Source: Escherichia coli
Lineage (GTDB): Bacteria; Pseudomonadota; Gammaproteobacteria; Enterobacterales; Enterobacteriaceae
Strand: one strand, 5' to 3'
DNA: 64,000 nucleotides
Assembly (NCBI RefSeq): GCF_046105845.1
Contig: NZ_CP151004.1
Both the position numbers and the translations under genes were made by a program. Position 1 is the stretch's first letter, and each line of letters begins with the position of its first letter. The notes below the pieces were generated by a model. It saw only the letters and a list, made by a program, of their open reading frames with translations. It did not search any database and was not told where the DNA came from. Positions 43,424-54,060 of this stretch are shown here, in pieces.

Positions 43424-44451
43424 CTCTCATCAACACTGACGGTGACGGACAGTCCCGGGCGAAGAAGTTGCTTTAATTCCTTTGCGTCGTCAAATGCAAT
43501 CCGTACCGGGACACGCTGAACAATTTTGGTGAAATTGCCAGTGGCATTTTCTATCGGAATCAAGCTGAAACTGGCTCCTGTCGCTGGGGAAAGGCTTTCA
43601 ATGTGACCGTGAAACACTTCCCCTTTGAGAATATCAGCACGGATCTCAGCCTTCATTCCTGGCTTCATTCCCGCTATTTGGTTTTCTTTATAATTTGCAT
43701 CAACCCACAACTCACTGACTGGTACTAGTGAAACTAACGATGTGCCGCCTTCCACCCAACTGCCTGTATGGGCGCTGCGGTTTGCGACAATGCCATCAAT
43801 CGGCGCACGAACAAGGGTATATTCCAGATCCAGTAGTGCCTGAGTCAAAGCGGCCTGAACTTCTTCGATACTCGCACGTGCGTTTTCTTCCTGAGCAGAT
43901 AAAACTGCCAGCCGTTGCTTCTCCACCATGAAATCGTTCGCGGCTTTGCGCTCCTTTGCTGCGACCTGCTGGTAGTCAAACCTGGCGTTATCAATAATTT
44001 GTTGCGATATTGCCGCTGATTGTGCGAGTTTTTCATAACGTTCAGTATCTCGCAGGCGCTTTTGCTCCTCATGTTTTACTGCCTGCCATGTTTCACTGGC
44101 ACTTTGAATTATCGACTGCTGCATCGCAATAGTGGCTTGAATGCTTTCGAGATTGGCTTTGCTACTTTTTATTTTTGCCTCAAGCCTGGCGACATTTGCA
44201 CGATAATCCCGATCATCGAGACGCAGGATAATATCGCCTTTTTTTACGCTCTGATTATCGCGCACCTCTATAGCAGAAATATAACCAGAAACTTTACTTG
44301 CCACCGTGGTGATATTACCACCAATGTAAGCATCATCCGTCGTCTGTATAAATCTTCCTTTACTTACCCACCAGATAAAAAAGACAACGCCAGTCAAAAG
44401 AATACCGATCGCTACCACCCCAATAAGCTGTTTTTTAGAAATTATCATCAC
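43420..44451 (-). CDS. HlyD/EmrA-family membrane fusion protein (periplasmic adaptor)
   Basis: 343-aa ORF with N-terminal TM anchor, long coiled-coil segment and beta-barrel/lipoyl regions typical of EmrA-like MFPs. Confidence 0.85.
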   Translation of the reverse strand: MMIISKKQLIGVVAIGILLTGVVFFIWWVSKGRFIQTTDDAYIGGNITTVASKVSGYISAIEVRDNQSVKKGDIILRLDDRDYRANVARLEAKIKSSKANLESIQATIAMQQSIIQSASETWQAVKHEEQKRLRDTERYEKLAQSAAISQQIIDNARFDYQQVAAKERKAANDFMVEKQRLAVLSAQEENARASIEEVQAALTQALLDLEYTLVRAPIDGIVANRSAHTGSWVEGGTSLVSLVPVSELWVDANYKENQIAGMKPGMKAEIRADILKGEVFHGHIESLSPATGASFSLIPIENATGNFTKIVQRVPVRIAFDDAKELKQLLRPGLSVTVSVDER

Positions 44452-44544
44452 TCTTTACACCGTATATATCCGGAAACTTGCATTCGTCATATTTAAAATT
44501 TAACATGGCTTATTTGATGGTTTCTGACAAAATACCTACTGTAA

Positions 44545-45360
44545 ATGACAATCACACTGCAACCCAAAGCATCACCAGGGCATCACATTATCGGACTGGA
44601 TTCGGAACATCTGAATGGAGGCACAGTTCCCTGGCATAAACATCTCTATGCCCAGTTGCTTTACCCGGCTGAAGGAGTCGTTCGTGTATGGGCTGGAGAA
44701 AGCGTCTGGTTAGTGCATGCCAGCAGCGCGCTTTGGCTGCCCCCACAAATGCCGCATAAGTTTGTTGCGACAGGCAACGTACTTTTAAAAACCGTACTGG
44801 TTTCAGAAGCGGAAAGTGAAACGCTGGGAAAAGTTTGCTTCATGACGGGTATTTCACCCCTGTTAAGAGAATTACTAATTGCAATTAACCAACTTCCACC
44901 GTCGCAAAGTACCACAGATAAACAACAGTTACGTTTTTCAGCCCTCGAGACACTGATACTTCAGGAAATAAAAATGGGGGTGAAAATGTCACTTGAACTC
45001 CCTTGGCCAAATGATGAGCGGCTACAGCAGCTTTGTGAGAATTTGCTAAACAACCAAGGGTATCTGCCAACACTGGATAATCTAGCGGATAAAATTAACG
45101 TCAGTAGCCGTACACTCATGCGCTTATTTGTTAAAGAGACGGGATTAACATTTCGCCACTGGGTTCAGCAAATGCACGTTATTTCTGCAGTGACGCTTCT
45201 TGATGATGGATATTCGTTGACCAAAATTGCCCATCGTCTGGGCTATGCCTCAGCTGAATCGTTCGGCAATATGTTTAAGCGTCGAACGGGCTACTCGCCC
45301 GGTAAATTTACTCGTCGATTAACGATGCATGATTATGCAATCACAAGACAAATGATTTAA
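44545..45360 (+). CDS. AraC/XylS-family transcriptional regulator with N-terminal cupin-like sensor domain
   Basis: 271-aa ORF; C-terminal HTH pair (…SRTLMRLFVKETGLTFRHWVQQMHV… LGYASAESFGNMFKRRTGYSPGKF); divergent from the MFP-MFS operon with 93-bp intergenic. Confidence 0.8.
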   Translation: MTITLQPKASPGHHIIGLDSEHLNGGTVPWHKHLYAQLLYPAEGVVRVWAGESVWLVHASSALWLPPQMPHKFVATGNVLLKTVLVSEAESETLGKVCFMTGISPLLRELLIAINQLPPSQSTTDKQQLRFSALETLILQEIKMGVKMSLELPWPNDERLQQLCENLLNNQGYLPTLDNLADKINVSSRTLMRLFVKETGLTFRHWVQQMHVISAVTLLDDGYSLTKIAHRLGYASAESFGNMFKRRTGYSPGKFTRRLTMHDYAITRQMI

Positions 45361-45430
45361 CTTATATTTTCGTGAAATCTGTCACTGAAGAAAATTGGCA
45401 ACGGATGGGTAAAACCGTTATAACACTGTC

Positions 45431-45524
45431 ACCGGTCACCAGGACCCCAGGCCGGATTTAAGACGAGGATGCACTGCTGTGTGTACTGTAGAGTCTGGCG
45501 GATGTCGACAGACTCTATTTTTTT
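45431..45524 (+). ncRNA. mcaS: McaS (IsrA) small RNA
   Basis: ...ggccggatttaagacgaggatgcactgctgtgtgtactgtagagtctggcggatgtcgacagactctattttttt matches remembered McaS 3' two-thirds and terminator; convergent with abgR as in K-12. Confidence 0.8.
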
Positions 45525-45532
45525 ATGCAGTT

Positions 45533-46441
45533 TTAACTTTGCAGATAGCCGCATTCTCGCCGAAATTGCGTGATTAATGACGCGGTCAGTGGTGTCTGGC
45601 GACTATCACGCCGCTGAATCAAATAATAGGTCGCTTTCGGTAAAATTTCGCTAACCGGCAACATCACCAGCCCCTGTCCGTGCAAGGGATCGCAGCCCAT
45701 TTCTTCAGGTAGTATGCTGAGAAAATCGCTTTTTGCCACCAGACTGATACAGGCTGAGAACGTCTCGCAGACTACGCCGACCTGTGGCGTTTGCGCCTGA
45801 TCGTCAAGCAATTCACTCAAGTGTTTGTAGTAGCTGCCGTGTGGCGTCGGCATTGTCCAGCTGTAGTCCAGTAACTGTTTGATCGAACGGGCACCAATGG
45901 CGGGATGTCCCGGGCGGCAAAAGATCGCGAATTGCTTTTCCAGTAATTTCTCAAAAGTAAATTCGTGGTCGTAGGGTCCCTGATAATAGGTATTGATGGT
46001 GAAATCCAGTTCCCCCTGGCGCAATTCATTAATCATCGATACCAGTTGCCCTTCCATAATGCGTACTTTTACCTGCGGATGCTGCTGATGAAAACGAGAT
46101 ATGACAGCTGGCATCAGACTGCGGGAAATACTGGCCCCCATGCCGATATTAATTTGCCCTGCCAGTTGCCCTTGTCGTTGGCGAATATCCTCTTGCGCTG
46201 CGCGCAGCTCTTCAAGAATAAGACTGGCGTGCTGATAAAAACTTTCACCGGCATCAGTTAACGTCACGCCTTTACTACGGCGAAAAAAGAGTTGTGCCGC
46301 CAACCCTTCTTCCAGCTCCTGAATAGATTTACTCAGTGCCGGTTGCGACATATTCAACATTCGGCTCGCTCCGCGAATGCTGCCCTGACGAGCCACTTCA
46401 ACAAAAGCCCGAATTTGATGAATTTTTACCTGAAAAGCCAT
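45533..46441 (-). CDS. abgR: LysR-family regulator AbgR
   Basis: 302-aa ORF, LysR HTH (IRGASRMLNMSQPALSKSIQELEEGL); divergent from abgAB-T. Confidence 0.9.
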   Translation of the reverse strand: MAFQVKIHQIRAFVEVARQGSIRGASRMLNMSQPALSKSIQELEEGLAAQLFFRRSKGVTLTDAGESFYQHASLILEELRAAQEDIRQRQGQLAGQINIGMGASISRSLMPAVISRFHQQHPQVKVRIMEGQLVSMINELRQGELDFTINTYYQGPYDHEFTFEKLLEKQFAIFCRPGHPAIGARSIKQLLDYSWTMPTPHGSYYKHLSELLDDQAQTPQVGVVCETFSACISLVAKSDFLSILPEEMGCDPLHGQGLVMLPVSEILPKATYYLIQRRDSRQTPLTASLITQFRRECGYLQS

Positions 46442-46616
46442 GACGCCACCGATAACCGTTATTTATCAGACCAAAGAAACTGGCATCTACTTTAATGCAG
46501 ATGATTGTGTCAGGGTAATTTATGAACGGTTAAAACTGTGAAAAATCAGTTAGTGATAAGTAAAAACTATCGCTACGTGAACCGGGTCACACTTTTTACT
46601 GATGACGGGAAAGGTT

Positions 46617-47927
46617 ATGGAGTCTTTGAATCAATTTATTAATTCGCTTGCCCCAAAATTATCGCACTGGCGACGTGATTTTCACCACTATGCAGAGTCT
46701 GGCTGGGTGGAATTCCGCACTGCCACCCTTGTTGCGGAAGAATTGCACCAGCTCGGTTATTCACTGGCGCTGGGCCGCGAAGTAGTTAATGAAAGTAGCC
46801 GGATGGGATTACCTGATGAATTCACTCTACAACGCGAATTCGAGCGCGCTCGTCAACAGGGTGCGCTAGAACAATGGATTGCGGCTTTTGAAGGCGGTTT
46901 CACTGGCATCGTCGCTACCCTGGATACCGGTCGCCCCGGTCCGGTGATGGCTTTCCGTGTTGATATGGACGCGCTGGATCTCAGTGAAGAACGGGATGTC
47001 AGCCATCGCCCCTATCGCGACGGTTTTGCGTCATGTAACGCCGGAATGATGCATGCCTGTGGTCATGATGGACATACCGCCATTGGGCTTGGGCTGGCGC
47101 ATACCCTTAAACAGTTCGAGTCCGGACTACATGGCGTCATCAAACTGATTTTTCAACCTGCAGAGGAAGGTACGCGTGGCGCGCGGGCGATGGTCGATGC
47201 AGGAGTAGTGGATGATGTTGATTATTTTACTGCCGTGCACATTGGCACTGGTGTACCTGCGGGCACAGTAGTGTGCGGCAGTGATAATTTTATGGCAACC
47301 ACCAAATTTGACGCGCACTTCACCGGGACCGCCGCTCACGCAGGCGCAAAACCAGAAGACGGTCACAATGCCTTGTTGGCGGCAGCACAAGCAACTCTTG
47401 CACTGCATGCAATCGCCCCGCACAGCGAAGGCGCTTCCAGAGTAAACGTGGGCGTTATGCAGGCAGGAAGCGGTCGTAATGTTGTTCCCGCCTCAGCGTT
47501 GCTGAAAGTGGAAACACGCGGGGCCAGCGACGTCATTAATCAATATGTTTTTGACCGTGCACAACAAGCGATTCAGGGCGCAGCAACCATGTATGGTGTC
47601 GGCGTTGAAACTCGTCTGATGGGTGCAGCTACCGCCAGTTCTCCTTCGCCGCAATGGGTCGCATGGTTGCAAAGTCAGGCAGCTCAGGTCGCGGGGGTCA
47701 ATCAGGCCATTGAACGTGTTGAAGCGCCTGCGGGTTCCGAAGATGCCACATTAATGATGGCCCGCGTGCAGCAACATCAAGGGCAAGCCTCCTATATGGT
47801 GTTTGGCACACAGCTGGCGGCAGGTCATCACAACGAAAAATTCGATTTTGACGAGCAGGTTCTCGCTATTGCCGTCGAAACGCTGGCGCGCACCGCGCTC
47901 AATTTTCCCTGGACGCGAGGTATCTGA
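46617..47927 (+). CDS. abgA: p-Aminobenzoyl-glutamate hydrolase subunit A (M20 peptidase family)
   Basis: Start trimmed to MESLNQFINSLAPKL (436 aa); M20 metal-binding motifs (HACGHDGH). Confidence 0.9.
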   Translation: MESLNQFINSLAPKLSHWRRDFHHYAESGWVEFRTATLVAEELHQLGYSLALGREVVNESSRMGLPDEFTLQREFERARQQGALEQWIAAFEGGFTGIVATLDTGRPGPVMAFRVDMDALDLSEERDVSHRPYRDGFASCNAGMMHACGHDGHTAIGLGLAHTLKQFESGLHGVIKLIFQPAEEGTRGARAMVDAGVVDDVDYFTAVHIGTGVPAGTVVCGSDNFMATTKFDAHFTGTAAHAGAKPEDGHNALLAAAQATLALHAIAPHSEGASRVNVGVMQAGSGRNVVPASALLKVETRGASDVINQYVFDRAQQAIQGAATMYGVGVETRLMGAATASSPSPQWVAWLQSQAAQVAGVNQAIERVEAPAGSEDATLMMARVQQHQGQASYMVFGTQLAAGHHNEKFDFDEQVLAIAVETLARTALNFPWTRGI

Positions 47928-49372
47928 TGCAGGAAATCTATCGTTTTATCGACGATGCGATTGAAGCCGATCGCCAACGTTATACCGATATTGCCGATCA
48001 AATCTGGGATCATCCAGAAACACGTTTTGAAGAGTTCTGGTCAGCGGAGCATCTGGCTTCGGCGCTGGAGTCTGCAGGCTTCACCGTTACCCGCAACGTA
48101 GGCAATATCCCAAATGCCTTTATTGCTTCGTTTGGTCAAGGCAAACCGGTTATCGCCCTGCTGGGGGAATATGACGCCCTGGCAGGTTTAAGTCAGCAAG
48201 CAGGTTGCGCGCAACCTACATCCGCGACGCCCGGTGAAAATGGTCACGGTTGCGGACACAATTTGCTGGGAACCGCCGCCTTTGCCGCAGCAATAGCCGT
48301 CAAGAAATGGCTGGAACAATATGGGCAAGGCGGCACGGTGCGCTTTTATGGTTGTCCTGGCGAAGAAGGCGGCTCGGGTAAAACGTTCATGGTTCGCGAG
48401 GGGGTATTTGATGATGTGGATGCGGCACTCACCTGGCACCCGGAAGCCTTTGCCGGTATGTTCAATACCCGCACGCTGGCAAACATTCAGGCATCATGGC
48501 GCTTTAAAGGGATCGCAGCACATGCCGCGAACTCCCCTCATTTGGGACGCAGCGCCCTTGATGCCGTAACGTTGATGACCACTGGCACCAACTTCCTCAA
48601 CGAACATATTATTGAAAAAGCGCGCGTACACTATGCCATCATAGATAGCGGCGGGATCTCGCCCAACGTGGTCCAGGCGCAGGCAGAAGTGCTTTATCTT
48701 ATCCGCGCCCCCGAAATGACCGATGTGCAGCATATTTATGATCGGGTCGCCAAAATCGCCGAAGGTGCGGCATTGATGACCGAAACCACGGTTGAATGCC
48801 GCTTCGACAAAGCCTGTTCCAGTTATCTCCCGAATCGCACCTTAGAAAATGCCATGTACCAGGCCCTATCCCATTTTGGTACTCCGGAATGGAACTGCGA
48901 AGAACTGGCTTTTGCGAAACAAATTCAGGCTACGCTCACCCTCAACGATCGTCAAAACAGTCTGAATAATATCGCTGCAACCGGTGGCGAAAACGGCAAG
49001 GCTTTTGCACTACGTCATCGTGAAACGGTACTGGCGAATGAAGTCGCTCCATATGCCGCCACCGATAACGTGCTTGCGGCATCAACTGATGTCGGCGACG
49101 TCAGTTGGAAACTGCCTGTTGCCCAGTGTTTCAGCCCCTGTTTTGCCGTCGGTACCCCGCTACATACATGGCAACTGGTTAGCCAGGGGCGAACATCTAT
49201 TGCTCATAAAGGAATGCTGCTGGCGGCGAAAACTATAGCAGCAACCACACTTAATCTCTTCATTGATTCAGGGCTATTGCAAGAATGCCAACAAGAGCAT
49301 CAGCAAGTTACGGACACGCAACCGTATCACTGCCCTATCCCGAAAAACGTGACACCGTCACCTTTAAAATAA
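47927..49372 (+). CDS. abgB: p-Aminobenzoyl-glutamate hydrolase subunit B (M20 peptidase family)
   Basis: 481-aa ORF; start overlaps abgA stop; HGCGHNLLGTA motif. Confidence 0.9.
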   Translation: MQEIYRFIDDAIEADRQRYTDIADQIWDHPETRFEEFWSAEHLASALESAGFTVTRNVGNIPNAFIASFGQGKPVIALLGEYDALAGLSQQAGCAQPTSATPGENGHGCGHNLLGTAAFAAAIAVKKWLEQYGQGGTVRFYGCPGEEGGSGKTFMVREGVFDDVDAALTWHPEAFAGMFNTRTLANIQASWRFKGIAAHAANSPHLGRSALDAVTLMTTGTNFLNEHIIEKARVHYAIIDSGGISPNVVQAQAEVLYLIRAPEMTDVQHIYDRVAKIAEGAALMTETTVECRFDKACSSYLPNRTLENAMYQALSHFGTPEWNCEELAFAKQIQATLTLNDRQNSLNNIAATGGENGKAFALRHRETVLANEVAPYAATDNVLAASTDVGDVSWKLPVAQCFSPCFAVGTPLHTWQLVSQGRTSIAHKGMLLAAKTIAATTLNLFIDSGLLQECQQEHQQVTDTQPYHCPIPKNVTPSPLK

Positions 49373-49408
49373 CAACAACAACGCAAACACAACAAACGAG
49401 GAATGCCC

Positions 49409-50935
49409 ATGAGTATGTCATCCATACCGTCGTCCTCCCAATCCGGGAAGCTCTATGGCTGGGTCGAAAGAATTGGTAACAAGGTTCCCCATCCTTTTTT
49501 GCTCTTTATCTATTTGATTATCGTACTCATGGTGACGACAGCAATTTTGTCGGCCTTTGGCGTCAGTGCGAAAAACCCGACCGATGGTACGCCGGTGGTC
49601 GTGAAAAACCTGCTCAGTGTGGAAGGATTACACTGGTTTTTACCCAATGTTATTAAAAACTTTAGCGGTTTTGCTCCACTTGGAGCGATCCTGGCGCTGG
49701 TTTTAGGTGCCGGTCTGGCGGAGCGCGTCGGCTTACTGCCAGCGTTGATGGTTAAAATGGCATCGCATGTGAATACGCGCTACGCCAGTTATATGGTGCT
49801 GTTTATTGCTTTTTTCAGCCACATTTCTTCCGATGCGGCGTTAGTGATCATGCCACCGATGGGTGCGCTGATTTTTCTGGCGGTGGGCAGGCATCCAGTT
49901 GCAGGTTTACTGGCCGCCATTGCAGGCGTAGGTTGCGGCTTTACGGCTAATTTACTGATTGTCACAACCGACGTGTTGCTGTCGGGGATCAGCACGGAGG
50001 CTGCGGCTGCGTTCAATCCGCAAATGCACGTCAGTGTAATTGATAACTGGTATTTTATGGCCAGCTCCGTAGTCGTACTGACGATTGTTGGCGGCCTGAT
50101 AACCGACAAAATCATCGAGCCACGGTTAGGTCAATGGCAGGGAAACAGCGATGAGAAACTGCAGACATTGACCGAAAGTCAGCGTTTTGGTTTACGCATA
50201 GCAGGTGTCGTATCGCTACTTTTTATTGCTGCGATTGCGCTGATGGTGATCCCGGAAAACGGGATATTGCGCGATCCGATTAATCACACCGTGATGCCAT
50301 CACCCTTTATTAAAGGTATCGTGCCACTGATCATTCTTTTTTTCTTTGTGGTCTCGCTGGCTTATGGCATCGCTACCCGCACAATTCGACATCAGGCGGA
50401 TTTACCGCATTTAATGATTGAACCGATGAAAGAGATGGCGGGATTTATCGTGATGGTTTTTCCCCTCGCCCAGTTTGTCGCCATGTTTAACTGGAGCAAC
50501 ATGGGGAAATTCATCGCCGTGGGGCTGACCGATATACTGGAAAGTTCAGGGCTTAGCGGCATCCCGGCGTTTGTCGGTCTGGCGTTGCTTTCCTCTTTCT
50601 TATGCATGTTTATCGCCAGCGGTTCCGCAATCTGGTCGATTCTGGCCCCCATTTTCGTACCGATGTTTATGCTACTTGGCTTTCACCCGGCATTTGCGCA
50701 AATCCTCTTTCGTATTGCCGACTCATCCGTATTGCCTTTAGCGCCGGTATCTCCTTTTGTTCCACTGTTTCTTGGATTCCTGCAACGTTACAAACCAGAC
50801 GCGAAACTGGGTACTTACTATTCGTTAGTTTTGCCCTATCCACTTATCTTTTTGGTGGTATGGCTGCTGATGTTGCTGGCGTGGTATCTTGTCGGTCTGC
50901 CGATAGGTCCGGGGATTTACCCACGTTTGTCTTAA
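49409..50935 (+). CDS. abgT: p-Aminobenzoyl-glutamate transporter AbgT
   Basis: ATG at 49409 has better SD spacing (gagga, 7 nt); 508-aa polytopic membrane protein. Confidence 0.9.
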   Translation: MSMSSIPSSSQSGKLYGWVERIGNKVPHPFLLFIYLIIVLMVTTAILSAFGVSAKNPTDGTPVVVKNLLSVEGLHWFLPNVIKNFSGFAPLGAILALVLGAGLAERVGLLPALMVKMASHVNTRYASYMVLFIAFFSHISSDAALVIMPPMGALIFLAVGRHPVAGLLAAIAGVGCGFTANLLIVTTDVLLSGISTEAAAAFNPQMHVSVIDNWYFMASSVVVLTIVGGLITDKIIEPRLGQWQGNSDEKLQTLTESQRFGLRIAGVVSLLFIAAIALMVIPENGILRDPINHTVMPSPFIKGIVPLIILFFFVVSLAYGIATRTIRHQADLPHLMIEPMKEMAGFIVMVFPLAQFVAMFNWSNMGKFIAVGLTDILESSGLSGIPAFVGLALLSSFLCMFIASGSAIWSILAPIFVPMFMLLGFHPAFAQILFRIADSSVLPLAPVSPFVPLFLGFLQRYKPDAKLGTYYSLVLPYPLIFLVVWLLMLLAWYLVGLPIGPGIYPRLS

Positions 50936-50945
50936 GAGAGAACGG

Positions 50946-51461
50946 ATGCTGAGATTACTTGAAGAAAAAATTGTCACGCCACTGGGTCCACTGTGGGTGA
51001 TTTGCGATGAGCAATTTCGCCTGCGGGCGGTTGAATGGGAAGAGTACAGCGAACGCATGGTGCAGCTGCTGGACATCCATTATCGCAAAGAAGGCTATGA
51101 GCGCATTTCTGCCACCAACCCAGGTGGTTTAAGCGACAAGCTTCGTGAATATTTTGCCGGTAATCTTAGCATTATTGATACGCTTCCCACTGCCACGGGG
51201 GGGACGCCATTTCAGCGCGAAGTCTGGAAAACACTACGTACTATCCCCTGCGGGCAGGTAATGCATTACGGTCAACTGGCCGAACAATTGGGTCGCCCTG
51301 GCGCGGCGCGTGCCGTTGGTGCGGCTAACGGATCGAATCCCATCAGCATTGTTGTACCTTGCCATCGGGTTATTGGCCGAAACGGCACCATGACCGGATA
51401 TGCAGGTGGAGTTCAGCGAAAAGAGTGGTTATTGCGCCACGAAGGTTATCTTTTGCTGTAA
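50946..51461 (+). CDS. ogt: O6-methylguanine-DNA-protein-cysteine methyltransferase Ogt
   Basis: 171-aa ORF with active-site PCHRV motif ([10 protein letters not shown]). Confidence 0.95.
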   Translation: MLRLLEEKIVTPLGPLWVICDEQFRLRAVEWEEYSERMVQLLDIHYRKEGYERISATNPGGLSDKLREYFAGNLSIIDTLPTATGGTPFQREVWKTLRTIPCGQVMHYGQLAEQLGRPGAARAVGAANGSNPISIVVPCHRVIGRNGTMTGYAGGVQRKEWLLRHEGYLLL

Positions 51462-51622
51462 ACATTAAACAATTTGTGCCAGCTTGTTCACACTTTTATG
51501 TAAAGTTACCCTTAACAACTTAAGGGTTTTCAAATAGATAGACATATATTTACATCTAATATCGGAATTCTCTGCTGTTAAGGTTTGCTTAGACTTACTT
51601 GCTCCCTAAAAAGATGTTAAAA

Positions 51623-51636
51623 TTGACAAATATCAA
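51623..51636 (+). promoter_or_regulatory. FNR box (TTGAC-AAAT-ATCAA) in fnr promoter/leader, consistent with negative autoregulation
   Basis: Near-perfect FNR consensus 20 nt upstream of fnr ATG. Confidence 0.55.
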
Positions 51637-51655
51637 TTACGGCTTGAGCAGACCT

Positions 51656-52408
51656 ATGATCCCGGAAAAGCGAATTATACGGCGCATTCAGTCTGGCGGT
51701 TGTGCTATCCATTGCCAGGATTGCAGCATCAGCCAGCTTTGCATCCCGTTCACACTCAACGAACATGAGCTTGATCAGCTTGATAATATCATTGAGCGGA
51801 AGAAGCCTATTCAGAAAGGCCAGACGCTGTTTAAGGCTGGTGATGAACTTAAATCGCTTTATGCCATCCGCTCCGGTACGATTAAAAGTTATACCATCAC
51901 TGAGCAAGGCGACGAGCAAATTACTGGTTTCCATTTAGCAGGCGATCTGGTGGGATTTGATGCCATCGGCAGCGGTCATCACCCGAGCTTCGCGCAGGCG
52001 CTGGAAACCTCGATGGTATGTGAAATCCCGTTCGAAACGCTGGACGATTTGTCTGGTAAAATGCCGAATCTGCGTCAGCAGATGATGCGTCTGATGAGCG
52101 GTGAAATCAAAGGCGATCAGGACATGATCCTGCTGTTGTCGAAGAAAAATGCCGAGGAACGTCTGGCTGCATTCATCTACAACCTGTCCCGTCGTTTTGC
52201 CCAACGCGGCTTCTCCCCTCGTGAATTCCGCCTGACGATGACTCGTGGCGATATCGGTAACTATCTGGGCCTGACGGTAGAAACCATCAGCCGTCTGCTG
52301 GGTCGCTTCCAGAAAAGCGGTATGCTGGCAGTCAAAGGTAAATACATCACCATCGAAAATAACGATGCGCTGGCCCAGCTTGCTGGTCATACGCGTAACG
52401 TTGCCTGA
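51656..52408 (+). CDS. fnr: Global anaerobic regulator FNR (CRP/FNR family, 4Fe-4S)
   Basis: 250-aa product [32 protein letters not shown]... with N-terminal Cys cluster; ORF track start over-extended. Confidence 0.95.
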
Positions 52409-52559
52409 TTTTTCCGCATAACTCACTATCCTTCTGTCATATCATTAAATTTTTCTGATTTATTGATCTGGCAGAAGGTTCAACACTGTTTCATTCACCA
52501 GATATGGGTTAATCTTTTAATTACAAACTGCGTTGACAGTTGTTGTAAGGAGACCCTGT

Positions 52560-53510
52560 ATGGCTATGTATCAGAACATGCTCGTTGTTATCGATCCTAA
52601 CCAGGACGACCAACCAGCATTGCGGCGAGCTGTTTATTTACATCAACGGATTGGTGGCAAAATTAAAGCCTTTTTGCCGATCTATGACTTCTCATACGAA
52701 ATGACCACCCTGCTCTCTCCGGACGAACGTACCGCTATGCGTCAGGGCGTCATCAGCCAGCGTACAGCCTGGATCCACGAGCAGGCAAAATATTATCTCA
52801 ATGCTGGCGTTCCCATTGAAATTAAAGTGGTCTGGCATAACCGTCCTTTCGAAGCCATCATTCAGGAAGTGATCAGCGGCGGGCACGATTTGGTGCTAAA
52901 AATGGCGCACCAACATGACCGTCTGGAAGCGGTGATTTTTACGCCAACGGACTGGCATCTGTTACGCAAATGCCCAAGCCCGGTGTGGATGGTGAAAGAC
53001 CAGCCGTGGCCGGAAGGGGGTAAGGCGCTGGTGGCGGTGAATCTCGCCAGTGAAGAGCCGTATCATAATGCGCTCAATGAAAAACTGGTCAAAGAGACGA
53101 TCGAACTGGCGGAACAAGTCAACCATACCGAAGTTCATCTGGTTGGCGCTTATCCGGTAACGCCAATTAATATCGCGATTGAACTGCCGGAATTTGATCC
53201 GAGCGTTTATAACGATGCCATTCGTGGGCAACATTTGCTGGCAATGAAAGCCCTGCGGCAGAAATTCGGCATTAATGAAAACATGACGCACGTAGAAAAA
53301 GGTCTGCCAGAAGAGGTGATTCCTGATTTGGCGGAGCATTTACAGGCGGGGATTGTGGTTCTGGGCACGGTCGGACGCACCGGTATTTCAGCGGCATTCC
53401 TCGGCAACACGGCGGAACAGGTGATTGATCATCTTCGCTGCGACCTGCTGGTCATTAAACCTGACCAGTATCAGACACCCGTTGAACTGGATGACGAAGA
53501 AGACGATTAA
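52560..53510 (+). CDS. uspE: Tandem-domain universal stress protein UspE
   Basis: Start trimmed to [17 protein letters not shown] (316 aa). Confidence 0.9.
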   Translation: MAMYQNMLVVIDPNQDDQPALRRAVYLHQRIGGKIKAFLPIYDFSYEMTTLLSPDERTAMRQGVISQRTAWIHEQAKYYLNAGVPIEIKVVWHNRPFEAIIQEVISGGHDLVLKMAHQHDRLEAVIFTPTDWHLLRKCPSPVWMVKDQPWPEGGKALVAVNLASEEPYHNALNEKLVKETIELAEQVNHTEVHLVGAYPVTPINIAIELPEFDPSVYNDAIRGQHLLAMKALRQKFGINENMTHVEKGLPEEVIPDLAEHLQAGIVVLGTVGRTGISAAFLGNTAEQVIDHLRCDLLVIKPDQYQTPVELDDEEDD

Positions 53511-53531
53511 CGACTCTTCAATAACTGACAA

Positions 53532-53557
53532 GGCCCGAGTTATCGGGCCTATTTTTT
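53532..53557 (+). terminator. Rho-independent terminator after uspE (ggcccga-gtta-tcgggcc + T6)
   Basis: 7-bp stem followed by TATTTTTT; also abuts ynaJ 3' end. Confidence 0.7.
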
Positions 53558-53559
53558 AC

Positions 53560-53817
53560 TTACTGCTCTTCGCCGCCAAGAAAATAAATTCCCAACGGGA
53601 TTGCCAGCAACACAGTAAAGACCAGGCTATAAACAAAAATCATCGATGACTGAATCACATACATTGATGTCGTCCACTCAGACAGCGGAATATTGTACTG
53701 TTCTATAACGCCGCCGATGGTCGCGCGAGTCACAACCGACGCCGCAATAATGAAAACCGCCAACAAACCAAAGAGAAATTTCTTCCCTTTCGCTGACTTC
53801 AGTTTCGCCATAATCAT
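53560..53817 (-). CDS. ynaJ: Small inner-membrane protein YnaJ (DUF2534)
   Basis: 85-aa ORF with two predicted TM helices; K-12 synteny. Confidence 0.82.
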   Translation of the reverse strand: MIMAKLKSAKGKKFLFGLLAVFIIAASVVTRATIGGVIEQYNIPLSEWTTSMYVIQSSMIFVYSLVFTVLLAIPLGIYFLGGEEQ

Positions 53818-54060
53818 GATGTAATCCTTGTGCAGACAAATTTCTTGTTACCTAAACGTAACAATACCATGACATTTTACCGTTGTCTGCTCTGAAAACC
53901 TCACCTCTTAGCTGGATTTACAATCAACGCATTGATTAGTTAGCTAATGTTGCTACTTCCTTCCCTGACTATTGATGATCTGAATGAATTGTCGCGGTAA
54001 AATAGCCCCGCCAGGGGTTTCCGGCATGACGACAATTATCTGGAGGAGCCTGATAAAACA

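Noticed and set aside
41715-45430. Mobile element (IS, integron or prophage) carrying the efflux genes
   Set aside because: No transposase, integrase or recombinase gene and no terminal inverted or direct repeats at the borders; classed as an accessory island of unknown insertion mechanism.
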